A stretch of 63,084 nt of DNA, filler included, from Octopus bimaculoides (GCF_001194135.2; 4 parts of 4 records of this genome joined end to end with filler, not necessarily neighbours in it), one strand, 5' to 3'; counted from the whole stretch's first letter, positions 42,875-55,456 are shown. Notes: a model not told the origin generated them from the letters alone. Numbers and translations are program-made.

Positions 42875-43278
42875 AAATTTTTACACAAGGCCAACAATTT
42901 TAGATGGGGGGGGAGTTAGCCGATTAATATCTACGCCAATGATCCACTTATACTTATTTTGTCGACCCCGAAAGGATAAAAGGCGAATTTGACCGAGTTG
43001 GGATGAATACCAGTAAGTATTTTCTCTAATACGCTAACGATTTAACCAGCTAGCTACTTTATTTAACTATGAATAATCCTTTCTACTGTTGGCACAAGAT
43101 CAGAAATGTTAGGAGAGGAGATAATCGATTAGATCGACCCCAGTGATCAATTGGCACTTATTTTAATCGGTGAAAAGCAATGCCGATCTCGGTGGAATTT
43201 GAACATAGAACGTAAAACCGGAAAAATGCCGCGAAGCCTTTTGCCTGGCTTGCTAACGATTCTACCAGCTCACCACCT
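42875..43278 (-). mobile_element. Two tandem diverged SINE family B copies
   Basis: GTCGACCCCGAAAGGATAAAAGGC (42961) and GATCGACCCCAG..CTCGGTGGAATTTGAAC..GCTAACGATTCTACCAGCTCACCACC (43135-43278). Confidence 0.75.
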
Positions 43279-44332
43279 TTTATTTTGTTATGAATAATAA
43301 AATACTACTAAACTATTCGACTGGCTGTCCAGCACTTTATAGCCTCGGAGAGTCCAGCGAGGTTAACTTCGACTTTCTTTGACAAAATATCAGTGTTATA
43401 ATGGGGTTGACTACAACATATATACTTCCTAGACCTCCAACAAATGTAAAATAAAACAGACGCTTTGAATAATATAGTTCTAGATACACTCTCTGAATAA
43501 AATAATAGATGTTTGAAACGAATTATGTGAATGAGTAACTAAGCGTATGAGTAACTGAATGATGGAATACACGTTCGTTATTAAACTAAATGCCTACCTA
43601 TTGACTAAGCAACACTTCACAAAACTAAATGGAAGTGATAGACTCCATAGTGAAATAAAACAATGTTATTCACGTAGAAATTAACGTTGAACTTTTCTGA
43701 AATGTATTGTCAAACTATTCAAATATTGATGGAAGAACATGATGACTTTATGAGTTGCAGATAAATCCAACAGCAGACGATCATCCGGGTCATGACATTG
43801 AGGTCATCTAATACAGGCATTTACTTGATAAAATATTTTGTCAGCCATAGAACATTTGATTGCAAACAACCCGCCTCTCTCTAGCCCACTCCGATACACT
43901 CTTGGCCCAATCCGGCACAGTCCAGTTGTTTCAGTTGATATTGTAACTGACTACAACTACGTGTTTTTAGCAATTGGTATTTAATATTGATGAGATGCTG
44001 ACTGAAGATGCAGAGGATGTAGCAGACGACGACGACGACGACGACGACAACGGCGCTGATGATGGTGATGATGATGATGATGACTATGACCATGTTTTCC
44101 GATAACTACAGCAGCGTATACATAATATACGAGAATCTGAAATACTGCCTTTTCCTGTTGAAGAAGAAACACTATTGTTAAAATGAGAACTGAAGTGTAA
44201 GTCCGGGTAATTCCACACAAACACACGCGCGCACACCCACACACGCGCGCGTACACACATGTACATATATATATATATACATGTATATATATATATACAA
44301 ATATGTACATACACACATATATATATATACAG

Positions 44333-44366
<34 letters not shown>

Positions 44367-44580
44367 ATGTATGTATGTATGTATATATGTATGTATGTAT
44401 GTCTGTATTACACGCACACACGTAGTAAGTGGGTGAAAGCAAAATAAGCTTAACAGCTTTAACTTAGCACATGTAACACAGATTAGTGCTCGAATGGGTG
44501 GGAACTCCAACCACTTCATCCAGGACCGGCCTTCTGCATCGAAAGTTAGCTATTAATGTATGATAAACAGTACTTAATAT

Positions 44581-44775
44581 TTTTTTCTGCTCTAGGCACA
44601 AGGCCCGAAATTTTGGGGGAGGAGACCAGTCGATTAGATCGACTCCAGTACGAAACTGGTACTTAATTTATCAACTTCGAAAGGATGAAAGGCAAAGTCG
44701 ACCTCGGTAGAATTTGAACTCAGAACGTAAAGACCGACGAAATACCGCTAGGCATTCCACCCAGCATGCTAAGCC
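44581..44775 (-). mobile_element. SINE family B
   Basis: GAAAGGATGAAAGGCAAAGTCGACCTCGG..AATTTGAACTCAGAACGTA; the TTTCATCCTTTCG motif resembles the Deu/Nin domain. Confidence 0.85.
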
Positions 44776-44984
44776 TTTCTTTTATATTGACAACTTAATA
44801 ACGGATTGCGAACGATCCTGAACACTTATAAATAACCACATTTGACCAGGATCTGAACCCGAAACTACAAGGTTGCAAAGCTAGCTTCTTAACCACACAG
44901 CCATAATAAAGTTGCGATTTTAGAGACTTGGGATTTGTTTTGTAAGAATTTTTACTTGAAACCGTGTTTGAAATCAATAATGTC

Positions 44985-45417
44985 ATATTGGGGAATAGTC
45001 ATAATTTATAAAGCCTATAAACACACACCACCCGTTATTGTTTGCGTAGATTTTAGTTCATTTTCTTTTGCTGAAGTAGTTGTTTTTTTTATGTCCCACC
45101 CCCATCCCTCCAATATATGTTTCACTACACCGATCTATAACATTCTCAATGGGTGTACATTTTTTTTTCTTTTGAAAGAACACATAGCATAGAGATATAT
45201 CAACGGTAAAATCAGTTGAAAACTAAAATTAAAAAGCATTTAAAAGAAAAAATATATACACACTCAATGAGAAGACTATAGATGGTTGTAGTGAAACATA
45301 TTTTGGAAGAACATAAACAAATATCTACTCAGAAAAAGAAAAAGAAGTGAGGTATAGACAAGCAACAACCGTTGAGTGTGTTTGTAGGCTTTATTAATAA
45401 TGACTCTTCCCAAATAT
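44985..45417. mobile_element. Old foldback/MITE with ~150-bp diverged inverted arms
   Basis: 44985-45138 aligns to the reverse complement of 45277-45417 (AAAGCCTAyAAACACAC; ATATGTTTCACTACA..ATCTATA). Confidence 0.7.
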
Positions 45418-47184
45418 AATAAAAATGCTATTTTAATCGCAGTGTGAAAGTAAACAAAATAGTTACACAAATTTGTTTACATTTCAGAGCATCACAAAGT
45501 TAAACCATGGCTGTGAACGCTGTTTATTTTTTTCAGCGACGCCATTCAAGCAACACTTGTGTACAAGCCTTGTGTTAGAGCCAAGCGGGGTTATACCAGA
45601 CCTTTCAATGTACCCACCTCTAATTGGTTGCTCCATCTCCTTGAAAACAGAGGGCAAATCTTTGTTTAAAAGAAAGGACACTGTATAACATAGGCTCTGA
45701 TATACAAAAAGACGGGATAGTCATATGTGGAAAGCATTTGATCATCGGTCTGCTTGGTCATAGTTGATATTGGGCTACACAGTAACAAGAAGAACGAACT
45801 ACTACAGATTTGAAGGAACCCAAACCAGCATCGTTGTACGATAACATCTGGATATAACATACAATAAACGAAATACTTAAAACAACCAATGACTACATAG
45901 ACAGCCAAGTGGAACTGATCTTTTGCTGCAGAAATCTCCAAATCCAAGTACACCCCACAAACACCATCTTAAGAACGCTGTTTTTGCGGACAAACGAGAA
46001 AACAAGGCATGCAAATATAAATGGATGTAACCGCATCAATAACTTTATTAGCCCCAAATATGTATCATATAATGCTGGGTATGTAATATTAACAATACCT
46101 ATTACTCACTACAGGGTTATGTATCTATGTTTATGAAACAATGCAAGTAATTTATTGTGTGGTCTATCATTCGTTTCACGGTTTCACTCTTCTGTCTTTA
46201 ATTAACTGTACGTGATATGTAACATTATAGGAAATATTTCAAAAATATATATTTTTCATTTTGTATTTTCTGCTTTCGGCAAGGTGAATAATGCAATCGA
46301 AGGCTGCATGAGGTATTTCTCTTCAATATTTCTGTTGTAGTATTGAAGCCGCTGGAAAAACCATATATCTGTTTGAAATTGAGATGGAATCAAAATAGTT
46401 CAGCGTGATAAAGTATGGGAGAGAACATAATAACGTGTGAGATTGGGAAGATAGTTGTAGGAAAGAGAAATAAAATAGGTAAAGGATAGATGAAAAGTTA
46501 GAAAAGAAAAACAAGTAAAGAAGCTCTCGGAGAAAGAAATATCAAATTTCTGTACATATATATGTTTCCTGTCGAGTGAAAGTGGTGTTTTCCAGTTGCG
46601 CTATAAGTGCTTTTTCATGACAAAGCGTCAGCATTTCCCAAATATATCTGATTTCGTGTTCCAATAAAGATCATTTTTCTGAATGTTTCTGAGGACTTTC
46701 CTGTTTTATACTGTGCACTGATGACNNNNNNNNNNNNNNNNNNNNNNNNNNNNNNNNNNNNNNNNNNNNNNNNNNNNNNNNNNNNNNNNNNNNNNNNNNN
46801 NNNNNNNNNNNNNNNNNNNNNNNNNNNNNNNNNNNNNNNNNNNNNNNNNNNNNNNNNNNNNNNNNNNNNNNNNNNNNNNNNNNNNNNNNNNNNNNNNNNN
46901 NNNNNNNNNNNNNNNNNNNNNNNNNNNNNNNNNNNNNNNNNNNNNNNNNNNNNNNNNNNNNNNNNNNNNTATACATATATATATATATATATCATTATTT
47001 TTAATAGGCAACAGTAACAAAGTCACTCAGAGTTCAAGAGTTTTATGCATGGTTCTCACCAAACTGTTTCAGAATCTGGGAGTTTGTCTTTCTCTCAGAT
47101 TTTGAAAGATATCGATAAGTGCCACGCACAAAACTCTCAACACTGGAATCACTTTCTGACATTCACCGATTTTGGTCCACTAGT

Positions 47185-47440
47185 TAAAGTGTTGCGCTCA
47201 CGATTGTGAGATCGTGGGATCGATTCGATTTCAGGATCAGGCAGTACTTTGTGTTCTTGAGCAAAACACTGCCTCTCACACTGCTCTGCGATGACATCGA
47301 CACCTGACGTGTGACGCACAGGGCACACGCACAGGCAGCGTCGATTTCATGAATGGGGTGAGCCAATGTACAGCACAAGCATTTGATTGCTATAAACAAA
47401 TCATCTGTGCAAGCAGTTCAGCGTGTATTTGCAAAACCCT
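47185..47440 (+). mobile_element. tRNA-derived SINE family D, diverged
   Basis: tRNA-like head (GCGCTCACGATTGTGAGATCGTG..GATTCGATTTC) and CORE-like TGTGTTCTTGAGCAAAACACT shared with 52056-52304. Confidence 0.6.
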
Positions 47441-48237
47441 CATTTGTGGTCTACGAGTGGACAGCTGGACACCGACAAATACGAACCATTTGATTAAAGT
47501 CTCTACGTGGTTGATTGACCTACAAGATGTAATAGCCAAATTTTCGTCAAATCACTCCACAGTCTTAAAATATGATGTGGAAAACATTTGGTCGTGTAGT
47601 ACTAAATTCACTACGTCTGAAAAGAAAACGGTCGGGTAGTCACAGTTAGAACTCATTTGATCGCAGTTTTGCATTTATCTGGACTGACCTGCAGCGCACA
47701 AAACACCACCAACAGCAGCAACAACCACAACATCGATAACAACAACAGCAATAACATGAGCAAAAATTACCATAACGCATCATCTAAGTGACACGATCTC
47801 AGGTCACGACCAACTTAAACTGCCATCGACAATTCGTTAATTGAAACTTCTCGAGGTGATAAAGTTTAACTTACTTTACCTTCAATTCCATGAATAATAA
47901 CATGTATCTTTATATATTTTTCATTTTATTTTTCAACTATTTAAATATTTGATAATACACTTTCTGGCTTCATTTTCATGATTTTCTCTGCGAACCTTTA
48001 TTGTCTCTGACTTGCTGGAAACTGCGTTATCCGGTATTTAGAAAATGAAAATAAAATTCAATTACCTTATCAATATATCTTGGTTTTGCAGAAAGCATCT
48101 CCGCTGTTGTGTGATATAGCATTTTTAATCTATTTATCAAAATGGAAAACTGTCTTCGGATAAATCAGATACTGGCTCTATTAATCGATTTCAACTCGAA
48201 AAGAAGAATACTCCATGTAGCATTTTCTCTCTCAATG

Positions 48238-48268
<31 letters not shown>

Positions 48269-48547
48269 CTATCTGTGTCTCTTTTGTCTATGTCTCGCTC
48301 CCTTTACCTCTCACCCTGTGCCGTTACCTCTTCCAGCATACACACAAACACACATGCATATGTGTGTGTATATGCGTGTGTGTGTATGCATATATACATA
48401 TTCTATATATCCAAATACACTTAAATGTGGATATATATGTATATATAAATATGTATAGGTATCTATATAAACACACAGATGGGTACGTATATACGTACAT
48501 ATATATACATTTATATACATCTGTAGTGATATTTAAGTATGCATGTT

Positions 48548-48613
<66 letters not shown>

Positions 48614-48735
48614 TACATATATACATATATATATANNNNNNNNNNNNNNNNNNNNNNNNNNNNNNNNNNNNNNNNNNNNTTAATTAATTAANNNNNNNNN
48701 NNNNNNNNNNNNNNNNNNNNNNNNNNNNNNNNNNN

Positions 48736-48799
<64 letters not shown>

Positions 48800-48800
<1 letters not shown>

Positions 48801-48922
48801 CCTACGCAAAACACTTTCAATACAGCAACCATAAGAGCATCACAGCAAACCACAGCACATACCCAAGGCACATAAAGCTGCGCTCGGTAGTGAAGTGAAA
48901 ACACGTTATAAAAATAAAACTA

Positions 48923-48926
<4 letters not shown>
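48800..48926 (+). mobile_element. ~127-bp extreme 3' end of an R4/Dong-like element inside a (TAA)n array
   Basis: LRKTLSIQ plus a UTR nearly identical to the reverse complement of 9068-9195; (AAT)n on both sides. Confidence 0.9.
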
Positions 48927-48980
<54 letters not shown>

Positions 48981-49171
48981 TATAAATACATTTGGGCGTG
49001 TGTATGTGTGTATGTGTGTATGTCTATCAGCTAGTCCAACGACTTATTTGCTCATGGCTCGTAGAACCATGAGCTGGTAGGCCTGGAAATTGTATACCTA
49101 AGGGAAAATTCACTTATGAAGTAAAAGCAGCTCTAGCATAATAAATATTGTTAAATATATATACTAAGATA

Positions 49172-49390
49172 CAGTGCCTTGCAAAAGTCTACACCCCCTT
49201 TGAAAATTTATATATTTTGTATAATTTAACAGGGAAAAACACATTTTTTCAATTCCAATGATTGTTAAATAACAAGCAGATCCATTACACTTTCCTTTGA
49301 TATAAAAATTACATTTTAAAAATTTCACATTGATTCTTAAAATCATATAACTTAGAAAAATGTCTTTGCAAATGTCTACACCGCCAGGTA
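49172..49390 (+). mobile_element. Left IR/DR end of a Tc1-like DNA transposon
   Basis: TA|CAGTGCCTTGCAAAAGTCTACACCCCCTTTGAAA; the direct repeat TTGCAAAwGTCTACACC occurs at 49179 and 49366. The right end is not seen. Confidence 0.6.
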
Positions 49391-49614
49391 TTATACTGTG
49401 TTATCAGGTAGTTTGTCATTGATGTATACAATCCAAAACTGTCCATGCATCTTAAGATATTCGCACCTCTACCGAAGGGATTACAAAAACTTCCATGAGA
49501 CGGACTTATGATTTAGTAACCATCAAGTAAATAGGAGGTGCCCGAGTTTACATGGCAAATGTCAGTGTAGTATTTGGTTTGGCTTTCGAGTAGAAATCTA
49601 AAAAATTCACAGTA

Positions 49615-49779
49615 GGCGCAGGAGTGGCTGTGTGGTAAGTAGCTTGCTTACCAACCATATGGTTCTGGGCTCAGTCCCACTGCGTGGCACCTTGGGCAAG
49701 TGTCTTCTACTATAGCCTCGGGCCGACCAAAGCCTTGTGAGTGGATTTGGTAGACGGAAACTGAAAGAAGCCCGTCGTA

Positions 49780-49810
<31 letters not shown>

Positions 49811-49811
49811 C

Positions 49812-49847
<36 letters not shown>

Positions 49848-50068
49848 AGTATATGTTTGTGTGTCTGTGTTTGTCCGCCCAGCTTCGCTTGACGACCGAT
49901 GCTGGTGTGTTTGCGTCCCCATAACCTGGCGGTTCGGCAAAAAGAGACCGATAGAATAAGTACTAGGCTTACAAAGAATAAGTCATGGGGTCGATTTGCT
50001 CGACTAAAGGCGGTGCTCCAGCATGGCCACAGTCAAATGACTGAAACAAGTGAAAGAATAAAAGAATA
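49615..50068 (+). mobile_element. Full-length tRNA-derived SINE family A (CORE-like; probably one of the described octopus OK/OR SINE families)
   Basis: A box TGGCTGTGTGG, B box GGGCTCAGTCCC, CORE-like CCTTGGGCAAGTGTC, internal (AT)n and AAAGAAT tail; about ten homologous copies in the window. Confidence 0.92.
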
Positions 50069-50336
50069 GTACGACTAAATTGCATTTCATCTAAAAGTTG
50101 ATTTATAAAAGAACAAACTCCGAATTGACCTCAGAAATAAATTCTTCATGTCACGTACATTTAGTAACATCTGATTTAAAAACCAGTAGTTACATTCACT
50201 ATCTGAAGGTCACTAATTCATAATTCACCTAAGGCTAGAATTCTAATGAAGATACTGTGATTTAATTAAAGGTGTAATATTCTCATTTCAAACCTCAACT
50301 CTAATTTCAGGATGAGGCCAACCTTATAGCAGTTCA

Positions 50337-50459
50337 TAAGAAGCTTGCTTCCCAACCACATGTTTCCGGGTTCAGTCCCACTGCGCCGCACCTTGGGCAA
50401 GTGTCTTCTACTATAGCCTCGGGCCGACCAAAGCCTTGTGAGTGGATTTGGTAGACGGA
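50337..50459 (+). mobile_element. SINE family A fragment ending in a (CA)n array
   Basis: Matches 49640-49760. Confidence 0.88.
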
Positions 50460-50491
50460 TACACACACACACACACACACACGCACGCATG

Positions 50492-50543
<52 letters not shown>

Positions 50544-51076
50544 GACGGTCTGGAAAACCGTCAACTGGAACAGCAACAATTCTGTCTCTGGAAAAAGAGA
50601 ATCACAACTCAAGGGAGAGAATAATTGTAATGGATTCTTTATTAACAGGTAACACTTGACCTATGTTGATCACTAGTGGTGGTCAGCTGGATTGGATGGA
50701 CGTTAACAACAGCAATAGTATCAATGGGTATCATGTGCTGGGTTAGTTCTACTCCCTTAGGCGGATGAATACAGCGAAGGAATCTGCTATTGCATAACCT
50801 GGAAGCAACAATAACAACATCAACAACAAAAGGAATTGAAATATACCGTGGAAAGTCTTTATACATGGTCACTCGAATTGCTAGAAATGGCAGACAAATC
50901 TCCGCATAGTTTAGTAGGAAACATACTGGCGGGTCAGGGTCGGAACGCCTTTAACCATACGTCAGCTGAATCAAGGTTGATTGGACGCTGGACAATGAGT
51001 AGAGAAACAAATTCTGCAACTACTACTCACTGTGACACACGCACACAAACTCACGCACATACACACAAGCACACAT

Positions 51077-51137
<61 letters not shown>

Positions 51138-51148
51138 CGCATGCACGC

Positions 51149-51182
<34 letters not shown>

Positions 51183-52055
51183 GCTCACGCACATACACAC
51201 ACACATACATAGAAGATACATCACTTACCGTTGTGCCATACAACTCTCGATTTTGTATTAGAATAACGAATTGAAGGGTAGTGATCTGTTTGATCATATG
51301 CACAGTGAATTTCACCTTCATTAATGGTCAACCAGCCACTCTCTTCTGTACATGTATGGCGTGCCGTTATATAGAAGCGGCGAGAATTCCTGTGGAGTTA
51401 ATAAAACTTGGTTGGGTGACAGGCTATAACAATCTAAATATCTAGTAAATACATCATTATGATCGCCATCTGTGTATCATACTTAATGTATATACACACT
51501 GTCGATAGGCTAATTACTGTAGTATTTTTCCTGAGATAACATATCTTATGGATTTGCTGCGCTACGGACACAATAAATATCGGAGACACGCGTAGATTCG
51601 TTCCAGCAGCGGCCAGTGAATGCAATAAATGTTATCTCAAGACAAACATTGTAGTAACTTGTCTGTCGAGAGTGTGTATACGTTATGTATGGTACATAGA
51701 TGGCTATACTAGTCTGTGTTAAAATAAGCAATGACATCTTCAAAAGCTGTCTATAGATTGCCTTGATCGGACTAAAGGTGACTTCACAAAGAGATCTAAC
51801 TTACACCAAAGATGCGTGTACACACACACACACACACACACATATGCATGCACTTACATGCACACAGACAAACACGCAGAAATGCGCAAATGGTAAATAT
51901 GCAAAGACGAAAGTACACACAAGGGATACACTTTAGTAAAATGGTCGCAAAATACAGCAAACGTATAAACGATAATATTTTCTTGTGTTGAACTTCTTAA
52001 GAAAGGGGAAAATAAACATGAAATGAATTTTGGTCAAGAGAAATAAGATAAGTAG

Positions 52056-52304
52056 AGGCACGTGGCTTATTGGTTAGGGTGTCAGCACCATGATCGTAAG
52101 ATTGCGGTTTCGATTCCTGGACCGGACGACGCGTTGTGCTCTTGAGCAAAACACTTCGTTTCACGTTGCTCCAGTCCACTCGGCTGGCACAAAATGAGTA
52201 GCGCTGCGATGGACTGGCGTCCCGTCCAGCTGGGGAACACATACGCCATTGAAACCGGGAAAACCAGGCCCATGAGCCTGGCTAGGCTTTAAAAGGGCAC
52301 ATTT
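52056..52304 (+). mobile_element. tRNA-derived SINE family C (CORE-like body, V-domain-like tail)
   Basis: TGGCTTATTGG, GTTTCGATTCC, TGTGCTCTTGAGCAAAACACT and GCGATGGACTGGCGTCCCGTCCAG. Confidence 0.85.
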
Positions 52305-52339
52305 ATTTTTATCTTTAAATAAGATAAATCGATGATAAT

Positions 52340-52783
52340 AATATCTGAAACAAACAAGCACAAGTAAATATAATTATAGCATACACATTAAGGGAATATG
52401 TAATTTCGTGCTTCTCAATTTAGGACAAGCTACTTAAGAGGTTTTGTCATCGGCTTACTATCTTACTATCTTCGATTTTTACTCTCTCCTAACTGTTTCT
52501 GCCCTTATTCTTGTAGGACTTATACCCTTTTCTATCAGTAATTATTTTCTCTCTATATTTGTTTATTTCCATGTTAATATTGTTACTATTATCATAATTT
52601 AAGTCTGGCCCATATGATTCTAATTTCTGCTTATAACCGACTTTACCTAGTGCGATCTCATAATAATCCACATTCTAGTTAAAGATTTACTCATTCGCCG
52701 AGAGATTTGAAATTCTTTTTGAAATATTTTCAACTAATTTATGTGTAATAATTTTTGGGTGGTTACAATTTATGTTAACGTAC
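52340..52783 (-). mobile_element. Penelope-like retroelement fragment (RT thumb/linker)
   Basis: YVNINCNHPKIITHKLVENISKRISNLSANE*IFN*NVDYYEIALGKVGYKQKL matches the YxxxxSNHP...RLSxLSS..IF...Y..AL..SGY pattern. Cut off by the gap. Confidence 0.75.
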
Positions 52784-53030
52784 NNNNNNNNNNNNNNNNN
52801 NNNNNNNNNNNNNNNNNNNNNNNNNNNNNNNNNNNNNNNNNNNNNNNNNNNNNNNNNNNNNNNNNNNNNNNNNNNNNNNNNNNNNNNNNNNNNNNNNNNN
52901 NNNNNNNNNNNNNNNNNNNNNNNNNNNNNNNNNNNNNNNNNNNNNNNNNNNNNNNNNNNNNNNNNNNNNNNNNNNNNNNNNNNNNNNNNNNNNNNNNNNN
53001 NNNNNNNNNNNNNNNNNNNNNNNNNNNNNN

Positions 53031-53062
<32 letters not shown>

Positions 53063-53149
53063 GTATATATATAAAGCATGTTGAAAGCTTCAAAACAAAA
53101 CTTACTTTTGTTCAGGTAGAATGATGACAGCTCCTATCTATTAATTCCA

Positions 53150-53690
53150 GGCTGTTTCCAAATGCTTGCAATCTCCAGAGATACCACTGCTGTAGACAGA
53201 GGGCAGCACCTATCTATTACGTACTTAACTCAGAAGGAAGGTAACTGATGCCTAGACTGTTCACTGTTAACAATTATATCCACAACTGTCCTTACACCTA
53301 ATAATTGCCAGGATAGTTCACAAACTTTTATTCTATTTAGAGACACCGCCACTGTTGTGGACAGAGAGCAGCACCTATCTTTTAAGTGGTTAACTGTGAA
53401 TGGGGATAACTTATTCTCGTCTGGCCAACGTTAACAGTAATATCCACGGGTGCTAGGATTGCTGACACATGGCAAAGCCTTTCTCAAATGCCTGTAATAT
53501 CCAGAGATACAATCGCTTGTGTGGATAGAGAACGGTATCTCTCTATTTGGCACCTAAGTCTGAAGGAAGAAATCGTATATCTGGACTGCCTACTATCAAC
53601 AGAAATATTCACAACTGTTAGCACGGCTTATAAATGTTCGGACTGCTTATAAATGCTTGTAATATCAAGAGATGTCAATGCTTTTGTTAT
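53150..53690. repeat. Degenerate ~164-bp tandem repeat, about 3.5 units
   Basis: The AGAGAyA anchor recurs at 53177, 53339, 53503 and 53668 (steps 162, 164, 165); AATGCyTGyAAT at 53161, 53487 and 53652. Confidence 0.7.
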
Positions 53691-54235
53691 TGTCCACTGC
53701 TACAGGTAATGTCCAGGGCTATCAGAAGTGTCCATAAAAAACACCAGCAATGTCCATAAACGCCAGTAATGTCCACCACAGATAATTTTCAGTAGTGTTT
53801 ATTGAGATCAAATTTTATTGATTAATGCCAATATTTCTATGCTTGAAGCTTAATTAATGGAAGCAATTACACGTCACTTGATAGGAAGAAAAGACTTTAT
53901 TGAATAGTGGTGAAACACAATCAATACAAAGGAAATAGGANNNNNNNNNNCTTTATTGAATAGTGGTGAAACACAATCAATACAAAGGAAATAGGATTAG
54001 TGAATAGAATGAGTGGTGGTGGTGGTGGTGGTGGTGGTGGTGGTGGTTATTATTGTAGTTTTTGGTGGTGACGATGTTGATTGTTGTCGTTGTGGTTGTG
54101 GTCGTGGTGGTGATGTTGATGGTGTTGCTGCTATTNNNNNNNNNNNNNNNNNNNNNNNNNNNNNNNNNNNNNNNNNNNNTTAATTAATTAANNNNNNNNN
54201 NNNNNNNNNNNNNNNNNNNNNNNNNNNNNNNNNNN

Positions 54236-54543
54236 CAGTTTAAAAAACCTTTGACAATGTAAATATGTTAATAGTTACCATGGGTAGCAAAAAACACACA
54301 AAAACCAGGATATCACAGCCGTCTTATAGGTAGAGATACTAAGTTGACGTGAACTCTTATTTATATGTGTTTTGCTCCATTTATTATTATTATTATTATT
54401 CATATCTACTCAAAATGCATCGCTTTAACTTGGTATCTCTACCTATAAAACGGGTGTGATATCCTGGTTTTTTTTTTGTGTGTTTTTTGCTACCCATGGT
54501 AACTATTAACATATTTACATTGTCAAAGGTTTTTTTAAAACTG
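54236..54543. mobile_element. Foldback/MITE with ~110-bp nearly identical inverted arms
   Basis: 54236-54345 pairs with 54427-54543 around an ~80-bp spacer; starts CAGT. The left flank is lost in a gap. Confidence 0.85.
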
Positions 54544-54813
54544 AGATAATATTAATATATACATAAACTTATATATATCTATATATCTATATATATACAC
54601 ACATATATATGTATATTTGTGTATATATATATATATGTTGGTGTTGTGAAAGGTATCTTGTCTTAGAAAATCTGCCTCAACGAATTCTACCTGGATTGTG
54701 CAAGCATGGAAAGGTACGAAGATAAATAAAAGAATAAAGAAAATTAGAGTTACGTCCCCTTTGGCTGTAGGAGCAATATATGAGGGTGCACACGCAGTCA
54801 CATGTTATATAAA

Positions 54814-54844
<31 letters not shown>

Positions 54845-54861
54845 TTATATTATCTGTATCG

Positions 54862-55243
54862 GTCATTTGACTGCGGCCATGCTGGAGCACCGCCTTTTTT
54901 GTCGAACAAACCGACCCCAGGACTTATTCTTTGGAAGCCTAGTACTTTATTCTATCGTTCTGTTTTGCAGAACTGCTAAGTTACGGGGACGTAAACACAC
55001 CGACATCGGTTGTCAGTGCGATGAGGGTGAGAATAAACACAAACACAAACTTATGCATGCAAATATATATATATACATATACGACGGGCTTCTTTCAGTT
55101 TCCATCTCCTGAGTCCACTCACAAGGCTTTGGTCGCCCCGAGGCTATAACAGAAACACTTGCCCAAGGTCCCATACAGTGGGACTGAACCTGGAACCATG
55201 TGGTTGGCAAGCAAGCTACTTACCACACAGCCACTCCTGCACC
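54862..55243 (-). mobile_element. SINE family A, near full length
   Basis: Reverse complement is colinear with 49615-50045. Confidence 0.9.
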
Positions 55244-55246
55244 TAT

Positions 55247-55300
<54 letters not shown>

Positions 55301-55456
55301 GATGGGCTTTTTTCTGTTTCCGTCTACCAAATCCACTAACAAGGCTTTTGTCGGCCCAAGGCTATAGTATCTTGCTCAAGGGCATAACGCTTTACCAGGA
55401 ATTGAACTCATGACCTTACGATTGTGAGTTGACTACCTTACATGCATAACATACAT

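Noticed and set aside
49030-49074. Helitron 3' end (GCTCATGG/CCATGAGC hairpin plus CTAG on the minus strand)
   Set aside because: CTAG is not followed by T, and no 5' TC end or second copy was found.
49615-49690. tRNA genes at SINE heads
   Set aside because: A and B boxes are present, but no acceptor-stem closure is evident and they continue into SINE bodies.
53895-53996. 46-bp direct repeat flanking 10 Ns
   Set aside because: Typical contig-overlap artefact at a minimal gap, not a TSD.
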